64,000 bases of DNA from Phoronis australis (Eukaryota; Animalia; Phoronida), in contig NMRA01000003.1 of the NCBI GenBank assembly GCA_002633005.1, positions 1,727,618-1,791,617 on the forward strand, written 5' to 3'. Position numbers and translations under genes: made by a program. Shown here in pieces: positions 45,047 through 56,200 of this stretch (position 1 is the stretch's first letter; each line of letters opens with the position of its first letter). The notes below the pieces were generated by a model that had not been told where the DNA came from, ran no database searches, and saw nothing but the letters and a program-made list of their open reading frames with translations.

Positions 45047-48000
45047 TTAAATCATTCTCTTGAGAAGAGCATTAATGGCATCTTCACGACAACCAAAGTC
45101 ACCACCCTCGACAAAGTGGTTGTTCTTCTTTCTCCAACCACCGTTCGGAGTGTTGAGTTTGAAGGGCCACAGGAAGTTGGCTGCTTCTTTAAAGTTGGGT
45201 CCACACGTGAAGATCTCATGGATAAGGTCCTCCATACAGATGATGCCCAGTTTACCTAACAAATATAAACAGTAGGAATGAATAAATAAATACGACTGCA
45301 GTGAAACCACTGAATACAAATTTAAAGCTTGGCAAAATGACACAACTGCAGTATTTGTGAAAGTTAAGGGAATAACCCAGTAAGAAAACTGACAAGAAAT
45401 AACACTTAATCATTTGGCATAGTATTGATATACACCCACTGCATGCTCTGTAAATGGCAGAGATATAAGGGAGCTCAGTTTTTCAAACACAAGTTACAAC
45501 TGTCCAAAATTTAGCAGTAATTGTACAGGAAGTTTTGGACTCGGTGGAATTTCACTTGATTTTTAGTATTTTTCACAGGGAACTGGGCTGATATTCCGCC
45601 CCACAACTGAAACACCTAGGGTCCCATCATAACGTTTGAACCATTTCACATCCACAGTGTAGGAGTTAATAATGGTGGCCAGACACTGCAAAACTAAGTC
45701 TCGGGGTGTATGCTAATCTTACCCAGTTTTTTCTCTATGATGGCGTTGTCTGTCAAGGGTATCCTCTTGTGATCAACTTTACCATAACCCCTCTTGTAAA
45801 TGAGTTCACGCACAGATTTAAGATTTGGGTACCTAAGGAGTAAACAGGAAAATTCTGAATAAAAGATTCTCTTTTTAACATTCTGGTTACATAAACAACA
45901 TGGCTGCTGCATTCATAATTTCACTTCACAGACCCAATAAACTCGGTTAGTTCACTGACTCACAAACATCACCCAACCACCAAACATAGTGCTAACTCGG
46001 AACATGACTTATGCACTCAGAACTTGTTCCCCGAGTCCTAAACATGGCTACCCGACTGTCCATGCTCCGGGTGGTATGTGCGCTGCGCAATTTCTTAGGA
46101 TACGCAAGAAGTTTTTTGCAATCGGTACTGAAATGATTTCATGGGATCCATGATCTGTTATAAATGAAGGAACTACGTTTAAAGCCTATCTTGAATTGTA
46201 ACACCTGTAAATTTGGTTCCAACAGTATGTTAAGAGCATTGCTCTGAGCCCACTAGTGCCATAAATTGCCTGTAACGAACTGTTAGGCGTATTGGCTTGC
46301 TCTTGTCTACGTAACCGTGAGAATCACCTTTTAATTCAAACAGCTGTGAACACCCGCACACAACGGTGTCCTATTCAGACTCCTATTCAATACAACTGTT
46401 ATCGGCCTTTTGTTGTTTGTGCTGGAATCTCGCGGTGACACAACATGGCACGAAATGGTAGCTTCAGGGCTTGGAATTTTGCGCGGAAACGCGATTTCCG
46501 CTTTTTTCAAATGTGCTTTCCGCTTTTTTTATAATATTTCCGCGTAAAAAAAAAATCGGATTTGATATAAAATTTCCGCGGCAAATTCCTTTCTTACCGC
46601 GGCGTTGCAGACGACGTTCACCTCGAAAAGCGGAAGTTGCTCTTTATGTTTCGGAGGAACGTAAATTGTCAACATTGCCGGGGCATCTGGGACAGCGTGG
46701 TGGGATTTTCAATGGCGTCTCGTGTTATTGTTAAGCGCGGCGACAAATACTACCGCTCTGCAGCCAAAAATGTGTNNNNNNNNNNNNNNNNNNNNNNNNN
46801 NNNNNNNNNNNNNNNNNNNNNNNNNNNNNNNNNNNNNNNNNNNNNNNNNNNNNNNNNNNNNNNNNNNNNNNNNNNNNNNNNNNNNNNNNNNNNNNNNNNN
46901 NNNNNNNNNNNNNNNNNNNNNNNNNNNNNNNNNNNNNNNNNNNNNNNNNNNNNNNNNNNNNNNNNNNNNNNNNNNNNNNNNNNNNNNNNNNNNNNNNNNN
47001 NNNNNNNNNNNNNNNNNNNNNNNNNNNNNNNNNNNNNNNTTAACCACAGGTGCTCGAATTTCTCGATGGCTAATAACCATATATAAGAAACATATGTTTT
47101 CTTAGTAATGAATGACGTTAGTGGTGATGGAGGAACAGATAAACTCAAGCGCCTGTGCAGTCTACCACAAGAACAAAAAAAATTACGGGTGGTTGCATTT
47201 CAAACTTATTAAAAATTACGGGTGGTAGGCTGAAGAAATAAATGAAAAATATGGGTGGTGGGTGCGAAAAAAAGGTGCCTTCCCCCCCTCCCATACAGAT
47301 TTTACTGGAACAGCCCTGATGGTGGTAACCTTTTTTTTTCTTTTTTTTAGTCCTCCCGATTTTTGTCGGGGAAAGGTTCACATTGATCATTTCAAGGCTG
47401 GTTATCGGGCATGATTTGGGCCGTAAAAGTTTCAAAGTTTCCGCGTTTTTTGTCATTGGTCATTCCAAGCCCTGTAGCTTCCCCTGTCATCCGACAGGCT
47501 TAAATTTGCGTGATTGTACTCGCGTTTTCTTATATTACTAAGGCTTTGCTAGGGCTGTCTGGTTAGCCCAATACATCTTAAATCACAAAATTCGCTGAAG
47601 TTAAGCTTGATGTAGGCGCCAGCCATATTGCTCAGGTAACCAGACATTGCAATTAGGATTCAATATCAGCAAACAATCAGATAACTTACTCGTAGATGAA
47701 CAGTCCTGTTTAACTGTCCCGCTAACTTATGCAATTCAGTTACCTATAGAACAATTTCCTCTTTACAGAGGTAGGAAAATACACACAGTACAACTTACAT
47801 AACAGATAGTCAGGCGATTTCGATTCAAGTTGAATACGAAATGTTACTTTTTGTATTCGCAATGCATGCAATCACCATTAAGTGTAACTGTAAATTTCAA
47901 AGTACTCTGGTTTCAACAACACCAACCAACTTTGAATCAACTTTGTGTAAAGTATGCTAGGCTACATCATCCTAACAACACCGAGTCACGTGTCCCCCTG

Positions 48001-51000
48001 TTGATTGCAATGAAGAACTCCCCTAGTCGAAACTCATTTCAACTTTGCGTTTGCCCCTCCCGTGTATTGCAGTGTCCCAGACTGACTCTCATTTCAACAG
48101 AAAGAGAATAAGATGTGCCCAACGGATGAACAGCATCATGCATGGGGTAAAAAACGTGGAAGTTAAATAAAATATAAATTGAATCAGTGCAATTGCTACC
48201 CAATTCTGGATGGCATAAGGAAGTGAACGCGGACATCTTTTGTACGAGATGTAACCTTACCCCCATGCAATGTATGGTTCAGCGATTCTTAACATGTTGA
48301 TGGTGGCTTTGTTGAGTCTGACGAACACTCCATTGTTGATCTGGCGTAAACGGAACAGTTGTAACACCTTCCTTGGCTTGGGATGAAGGCCATTGACACT
48401 GAAAAATAATTATCTGACATAAAACAAATGCCCCTACAATTCAAATGTACGTTATAACTTGCGCAAGTCTGACATACCTAAGCCAGAATTATTTGTAACC
48501 CGTGGTATGGTAAGTCTAGTTCATGCACATGGCGTTTCAGACAACGCTAAGAAAACGCCGAAATTGCAACTAGCGAACAGAGTCAAATCAGGTTGACAAT
48601 TTAAAGCTGAAGTCACTAAAAATTTTGTGTAACGTCCAAAAAGACACTACTTCAGGCAGCATGATGCTATTCGGACATCAAAACAAACCACGACTAACTG
48701 AATTTGACACATTTTGGCATTTAGCCATTTAGATGCCTTTTTCTTGGATTTTCTTAGAAATGATTAGAATATGGCAATAAATATTTTGTTTGAATCATTT
48801 CCTGACTACATGTCACTCTTTCCACTTCAAGACTTTTATGAAAAAAATGTGTAAAATTGCACGACATGAAAAAGAAAAGGATTATTTAAAAAACATTAAC
48901 AGCACTTTTGAGATTTCATCTTGAAATCAAATGAAATGTGCACGTTATTGAAGCTATGGTTGAACATTTGCTAAATTTTACTAAAGCCAGTCGCACAAAT
49001 CCATCAACGGCACAATGGCTCGGTCAAAAATCACATGATAGATTTGCACACATTTAATTGAATGCAGAGACTTTTTAAAGAGGTCCAACATTACCTTAAA
49101 ACACAATCATCAAAATACTCAATGCTGGTGGCCATGATGAGTTTACTCGTACCAGAAGCCACAAGCATATCTACTCATTAAGACCGCATTGACAAGTTTG
49201 TACATGTAGCCAAATTTCTATAATACTATAGAATTTATCTCAGGAAAAGTACATATTTTCTGAAAGTAGAAATTCCGTAGAATTTGATTTTTGACAGATA
49301 CCAAACATAAGTTGCCAATTATTATGCCACGTGACCTTGTTTTTAAAGGAAAAGGTACATTTAGAGAAAAACAACAGGATAAGTAACACGTTCAAGATAG
49401 AATCTGAAAAATGGTGTTACAATTTTCTAAATTATGGTTTTGTTTTACGCAATTTTAATTTTTCACAAAAACATACTATTTTTAATAGCCCCTCGTGCAA
49501 AAGTGAAATGTTTCAAAAACAATTCGTAATTGCATTTTGGAAAAGAATGCATATAAACTTATAAAACATAGTGTCTCAAGGTTTCATTTCTGATATGATG
49601 TTCCAAAATGGAACATTTTACTAGGTTCCTACCAAACCTTAACATTCTTCATTGTGTTACGTGATGATTAACATCACATTGGCCAGTAATAATAAACGAG
49701 TTCTCACCCTTACCAAGTTCGGATCAGATAGCCGCCACCAGATTTCAAAAAAGAGGCTGCAAAAGTGCCTAAGTGTGTATAGACAAGTTCTAAATTGTTA
49801 AGAAATTTGTCGGAAAGCACCAAGTGGTGGAAATTTGAAACTGGAAAGTCGCATTTGGTGAGTGAGGTTCCAGGCAAATCCTATCTGCAATCTGAGGGTA
49901 CATTTGTGCTTACCATATCTGACCCTCGCTCTAGTTGGACCCGATTTATGGAGCTCCACTTTTAAGTCCAAAAATTCGTGCTAACTTAAACATGATCTAC
50001 CTCCATCACAGGTTCATCAGACAACAAGCAAACACTGACCTTTGCTTATTGAGAATTGCTCGGGTGAGAAAGCCAACACTTAGAAACTTTTGAGGTCAAC
50101 AACCATTACATTGGGTACCTACCCCCTGATACGAATAACAAAGGCAAACTTGGGCTCCGCTGGAACGTAGAAGTTGCCTGCCTTGCGAGCCTGTCGTGCC
50201 AACCGGATCTCATCCCGCTCCTTAACACGGTACTCCTTCACGTACTTCTCAGCACGGCTAAAAGCAAGCTTCCTCCTGTCCTTTTGCCTCTGTAATATCA
50301 CATGATAAATTACTATTCGACTAAAATTGCCGAGCACCAATTTCACACGCACACATTTCATCCAAGCTCAGATATAACAGTGGGTTGGCAAGGCAAAACT
50401 AAAAATGTATGGCACATCAATAAAGTAAAGATTTGCTCCAAATCTCTACTCTGATAACATGTAACATTTTCTGTGGCACACGTGAACCCTCTAATAAATG
50501 CATTAGAAAAGGGGTGTAGATGTGTGCAGTTTATGGATCTCACAGTGCACAGGCAAATCAGCAAATGCAAAACACTGATCAAGAGATGAAGATGCACATT
50601 ACACTACATTTATGGAGCCTCAGTGTATAGCAGAAAAATCGATGCTGAACATTCAAATGTTCATTTTGCAGTTTATTGACTTCGCACTGTAGTGACCAAA
50701 CAAGACCTTTGAAAAGTTAGTGTTGGCTCATATAATACATCCTAAAGACCATGCTTTGGATCATACCTGATGCACCGGGATTACCCAACTGCAATAACAC
50801 TAGTGTTTCTGTAGAACAGAAATGTCTCTCAAGACATCGCCATGCATTTTCCATGAGAGTACGTGATTTTGGCTAAATTTTTCGAAGCGAGACATTTATT
50901 GAGCTCGACCCTGGCCTTAAGCCAAATTGAAATGTCAGTTCTTTCAAAGCTCAGAAACCACCTAAAACTTCACCCGTTACAAATTGCCTGCCATTTACCA

Positions 51001-53070
51001 GTGCCTCAACTCAAGTGACAGCCATGCAGTGTTTGACAACCACCAAACACTGCCCACGGCATAGCCATAGCCATAGCCATACATAGGTGGCCACGTGACA
51101 CGGAGATCCCCAAGCAATGGTGCTCCGGCACTGCTGGGATATAGCCGTCCCTTATTTTGAAAACCAGGCAGTCACTAAACAACGGGCACATTACTTAGTG
51201 AATGAAAAGGTAATTGTTTACAATATGACGACATTGACTTACACACAATTTTGGTATCGTTCGATTCCTTGCAAAGTTATCTTTCCAAAAATACACAAAA
51301 ATTTTTCCTATCCCGTTCCCTTAGTATTTTATCATGAAATATCTTCTCGCATTATTTCCTGGCATACGGTAGTAATACCACCATGTTGAATGGAGGGTGC
51401 CCCTGGTGGTCAAAAACTGGACTAATCTACCGACTTCTGCAGAAGGTCGCTTTTCATAAGTTCAAACTGACAGAGACCCGTCTATCCCCTGCCCGAGTTA
51501 CGGTACCAAGCGATCGAATTCGATCCTATGGCGACCCCGATACGCATCTGCTAGCAAGAATCCGGGAAAAAAGCAAAGGTTGTTTTTGAGGTCCAAATTG
51601 GTGAAAAGGGTATCACTTCAGACAATTTCGTGGAAAAATGGTCACAATTTTAAGTAATTGGAAAAGGTGAAATGCTGCTACTTGTTCCTCCATATTATGT
51701 CAGGAAAACTTTAGCGGGAACTGAATCTTGCACGGACAAACACCATTCAGAATCGATGATGCTGTTTCATTCATTAACAACAGGTGTCGGAGTAATCTTG
51801 AGTTGAGCTAACATGGCGGTGTCAACCGGGAAATAGTGCGAGCCGAAAATCGACGATAAAAAAGGAAAAAGGGCAATAGGGGCAGGCCTTTATGCAGCGT
51901 AGGTCCTGGGCGTCCAAATGGATGCCTTAGCACCAATCTGGACACCATGGCAATGACACCCAATGTATCATTTGGATGCACACTGTCAATAAGAACCTTT
52001 CAAGTTTGGACTCACACACTGTAATGAATAATAGGAAGCCTCTGAAGGCTCACAGTGGGGGGGCTCTTTTTTCAAAGCAGGAAGAAATATACAATGTATA
52101 TACAAAGTATATACAATGTTGCTATGCTCACTCTTGGTTGATAGCAGTGTAAGTCTAGGTCTACAGTGATTTTTTAGTAAAAATGCTCACTACAGAATGC
52201 TGTTTTGTAAACTTAGATGTAAAAACCGGTTGGTCTACGCATATTTTTGTAAAAGAATCTGTGTGTTTGGGGGATTGCTGGGAGTGGGGGGTTACGCGTC
52301 GGAATCATGGATGTCTTGGAATAATAGGAACCCAATTTGGACACCCTATTTTCGAAATCCTGGATAAAGGCCTGGGTAGGGGATACATTCATATATTTTT
52401 GAAAAGTTAACGTTGTGAGGAATCGAACGATACCAAAGTCATGTGTGTAGGTCAATGTCGTCATATTGTAAACAATTACCAATGGAACTGGTTCTCTAAA
52501 CCAGGGACCACTATATCCGACCAGTGGCAGTGCCTCCGACCAGTGCCTGGAGCCCAAAAGAATCCAAGATGGGCCCAAAAGTTAGGTTCCCAAACATAAC
52601 CAGACTGCTAACAAGTAAAATCTATACTTCAATGCAACAGATCGTCAAATATTAATCGAATTACCTTCTTGTTGAGAAGGTTGGCTTGGGCCCGTTTGGC
52701 CCTCATTTCAGCATTCTGTTTCCTCCTTTTCAGGAGGGTCTCTGGGACCTGCGGAAGCTTTTTCTGGCTGAAAAAACACATTCAACAAAGACAATGCAGA
52801 GCAGTCTAAACAGTACGTATTTTTCGATCAACAACAAACTGAAGTTTTCGGTAATACATTAAAATCAACATTGCCAGTGGTCAGTCCTCTTAAAATTCGG
52901 CAATGATTTTCTGAACGTATCTCGCTATACAGAAAACATAAAACGTCACAGTTACAATGATGAAAAGTCGCTTTAGATATCAATTAAAACAAATAGAAAA
53001 TATAACACCAAAATCGAGATGCAAAGCGATTTATATAGAGAGATAGAAAACATCATTACGCGTCCGCCAT
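45047..53070 (-). CDS. RPL7: 60S ribosomal protein L7 (uL30), 245 aa, 6 exons
   Basis: Exons 53070-53060, 52767-52665, 50289-50123, 48398-48261, 45832-45723 and 45255-45047. Motifs [100 protein letters not shown]. Confidence 0.97.
46776..47039. other. Assembly gap
   Basis: Run of N inside RPL7 intron 4, next to CpG-rich MITE-like sequence starting CAGGGCT at 46465. Confidence 1.
50469..50590 (-). ncRNA. Candidate intronic H/ACA snoRNA in RPL7 intron 2
   Basis: Two hairpins (AUCUC/GAGAU with CAGUGU/GCACUG; GCACAC/GUGUGC with UCUAAU/AUUAGA), then ACA + 3 nt, sense to RPL7. The H box is imperfect (AUAAAC). Confidence 0.35.
51129..52526. mobile_element. Long family-C TIR element with nested hAT MITE
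   Basis: Termini cactgctgggatatag / ctatatccgaccagtg, plus an inner ~75-bp inverted repeat (51210-51285 vs 52400-52480). Confidence 0.65.
51883..52374. mobile_element. hAT-type MITE (same family as 6975-7695, inverted)
   Basis: Perfect 11-bp TIR CAGGCCTTTAT / ATAAAGGCCTG. Degenerate 8-bp TSD aatagggg / ggtagggg. Confidence 0.75.
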
Positions 53071-53156
53071 GATGGTTATAGAAAAGGACGATAATCCGGG
53101 ATCTTTATCCGTCGACAGGAGAGACATCAGCGGTAGGAAACGATAACTAATTCAAT
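53071..53156. promoter_or_regulatory. RPL7 5'TOP/TCT initiator and compact bidirectional promoter with RDH10
   Basis: The minus strand reads cgtCCTTTTCtataaccatcATG, a pyrimidine tract at 53087-53081 typical of ribosomal-protein TSSs. Confidence 0.7.
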
Positions 53157-53272
53157 ATGAATATGGTGAGTGTTGTTCTTGTCATTTGACCGCTTTCAAA
53201 GCGTTCTGATTGCCTTGCTTGAAACTACCGTGACTTGCTCTGATAACTATTCGTTGACTTTAGGAGAACGCT

Positions 53273-56200
53273 ATGATCTTCGTTGTCGAATTAATTTTGT
53301 TTCTTTATGATGTTTTTGTCTCCATCTTGGTTTCGTGGTTTCGCTGTTTTATTCCGCCTGTTCAGAAGGAGGTTTCAGGCGAGCGAGTACTCATTACTGG
53401 AGGCGCGCAAGGTTTAGGCCGATTGTTGGCATTGGAGTTCTGTAAGAAAGGCGCACGTGTTGCAATATGGGACAAAAATGTAGTCGCCAGTGAGGAAACA
53501 GTACGATTAGGAAAAGAACTTGGAGGAACCATTTGCTATTATTATTGTGAATTGAGGTGATCAAAATTTTATTCAAATATTTTATTTTTTATTTGAAAGC
53601 TGCTGGTGTTCGCTCCTTAACTCTAAAAATATCTTGATTTTTCATATAGCCTGTCAGGATTTAATTTATTTTTGCCCAAAGTCCTTTCAATGTTTTTCAT
53701 AAAATGAAAAGTGTTTGACTTCATTACTTGGTGACTTTTACCAAGTATGTCACTCTGTCGTAAAATTTTAATTTTTATTTTTATTGTCATAAAATTTTAA
53801 TTTTTACTTTTCTTTTTTTTGTTTCTTTGAGTGTGCTAGTTGCGGGGCACATTTCTTATCCAATCAACATGAAATTTTCACACAATGTCCGGTGAAGCCT
53901 ATTGTTTTTAGTTGAAATTTGGCTCAAAGTGGCACTGTGGCGGCCATGTATTCTTCATCATTGTCATCACCATTGTCATTGGCATCACTGTTATCATCAT
54001 CATCATCATCATCATACATCACAAACGGCAACAATGATCATCCTATTGCATTCAATTTCACCAATTTTTACTGTGTCGGGTTGAGATATTTCTCAGTTTC
54101 TTTTATTTTTATCATCTTCTTCTCATTCATGTTTTTACACGATTTCGCCATTATGCTTGAAAATGAGGCTTTGCGTCCAAACCACAAATGGTACTGTTTG
54201 TTTAGAACACCCACGAATTCACGTTTGTGTTGTTAAAAGTGATACTGAAATGAAGCACTTATTGTGCCCTTAACGGTGCACAACAATCATGTTGACGATA
54301 GTCGGATATAGTGTCTGTATTTTGAGAACCAGTTTGATGCCTGTTATTCAGTGGAGAAAACTGGTTCTCAAACAAAATTTGGCTCATTATGTCTGACCAT
54401 TACCATCATTTTTTGCAGCACCAGTGTACAAGTTGTGAATTACCATGAGTTTTGCCAACAAAGCATCAATCTCTAGAGTGCTTTTATGACCCTTGTTTGT
54501 ATTTTTTACAGTAACAAAGAAAATATTTATAAGGCGGCAGGACAAGTAAAAGAAGATTTTGGAGGCATAGACATCCTGATTAACAATGCAGGCACTGTGT
54601 CTGGACATAACTTTATGGACTCCTCAGATGAAGAATTGGAAACCACCAATCAAGTGAACTTCATGGCTCAGCTATGGGTGTGTACCGTCTGTCTTTCACA
54701 AAATTGATAGTTTTTCTTGATGAATAACAGACTGGTATCCAGTCTATAAACATGTTTTCAGTTGCATACATCATTAGAGTAATTGGCTTGGTCTTGCGTC
54801 ACCTGCTTGAGTGCATGGTAGGCTATTGTAGCTATATATTCAAAACAGAATTTACAATCTTAACCTTGACTTTTTGTGATATTAAACATGACATTTCATT
54901 GGGTTTTCTACTAACTGTCAATGGCTGATGTCAGTGACTGTCTAAAAAAGTTGTAAACAACACTGTACCAGTCATTAAGTCTGTGTATCATCATAGTAAG
55001 GAGAGTGTCAAAAAAACAACATACTTCGTTGTGGTCTGTTTTAATTTTTTTTTTTTTGAAAATTGACTCTGTGGTGCTGTATTTTTCAGTTGGTCGCTTA
55101 TCCATAAAAAAGCCATCTAAGATGAGCAAAAGTGATGTGGGGTTATTACTTGGTGAAAGAAATTTCATTTTTTACTCACGGCATTTTTTCACTCTTATAT
55201 TTGGCTTTCCAAGTTTCTCCCCTTGCTATCACTGTCAAACTGATGACGGCACAGCTGTAACCCAAGTTCCCGATCACCGAAATCGGGAAACTCTCCCCAC
55301 ACCGCAGGGGCGCAACGCTATTGAGAATCACCTTGCATTGTCAGCAAGGGAATTCCAATCAATTTGTGTATAACCTGTTTCGACTCACATAAAGGATAAC
55401 ACGAAAGTTGTTTTGAAACTGAAAATGTTTTATCACCCATACTTAGTTTAGAGCAAAAATTGTATAAAACTTGTCACAGATCACATGATTCCTGAGTGCA
55501 AAATATGATGTTGGAGAATGACTAACTGTTACTATGGTAACGACTTGTTTGTAACGTAATTAATTGTGAGTGCTTTGTAGTTGTTTCAGCTTTGTTTTTC
55601 ATTAATAATCTGTATAAATGAGGCAAAACCCTTTACAGTGTGCATTAATTTTAGAATTGTTGGAGTCAAAATGGAGGTGCCAGTGGGCAACTATGTTACT
55701 AAATTGTATTTGGCATTCCTGCAGTGGCACATGTGTTGATATATAGCTAGTTACCAGAGACATGTGTCTGCCTTCTTTAGTACAGACTGTCCACATTTAT
55801 ACAAAACCAGATGGTACATACAATCACTGTAGCAGTGTTGATTTTAGGTTGGCCTTTTCTCCAATTACAGTCAGTCTGGCCAAGTATGTCTTGAATGCTT
55901 CTTTGTGGTAGCAGTGATTCAACAGATGTGTATCTAGTGATATAAATTGTTAGGGACTAACTGGGTTCTTTGAGTATGGGCCATTTTGAAGTCATGCCAG
56001 TGGTGGGTAAACTTCTAGCTCTTTTTAATTTGACCTTTTGCCCTTTTGATATCTCTGAAACCTGACTAAGGCAGCATTTACAAAAGATTTCCACAAGTTG
56101 TTGGATGAAAAAACATTTCGATGTTGATTATTACCAGTCCGACAAAACTTTAAAACATCCACAATAATATAAGACATAAAAACAACCATTATTATCAGGA

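Noticed and set aside
46637-47148. ORFs spanning the second gap
   Set aside because: Mostly N.
49128-49195. Box C-like ATGATGA in an RPL7 intron (also at 52957)
   Set aside because: On the strand opposite to the host transcript, with no convincing D box or terminal stem.
51006-51150. Two strong hairpins suggesting an ncRNA
   Set aside because: One hairpin overlaps the family-C transposon terminus, and no H/ACA or C/D boxes are correctly placed.
53902-54236. His-rich and Ser-rich ORFs
   Set aside because: Translations of the (CAT)n microsatellite.
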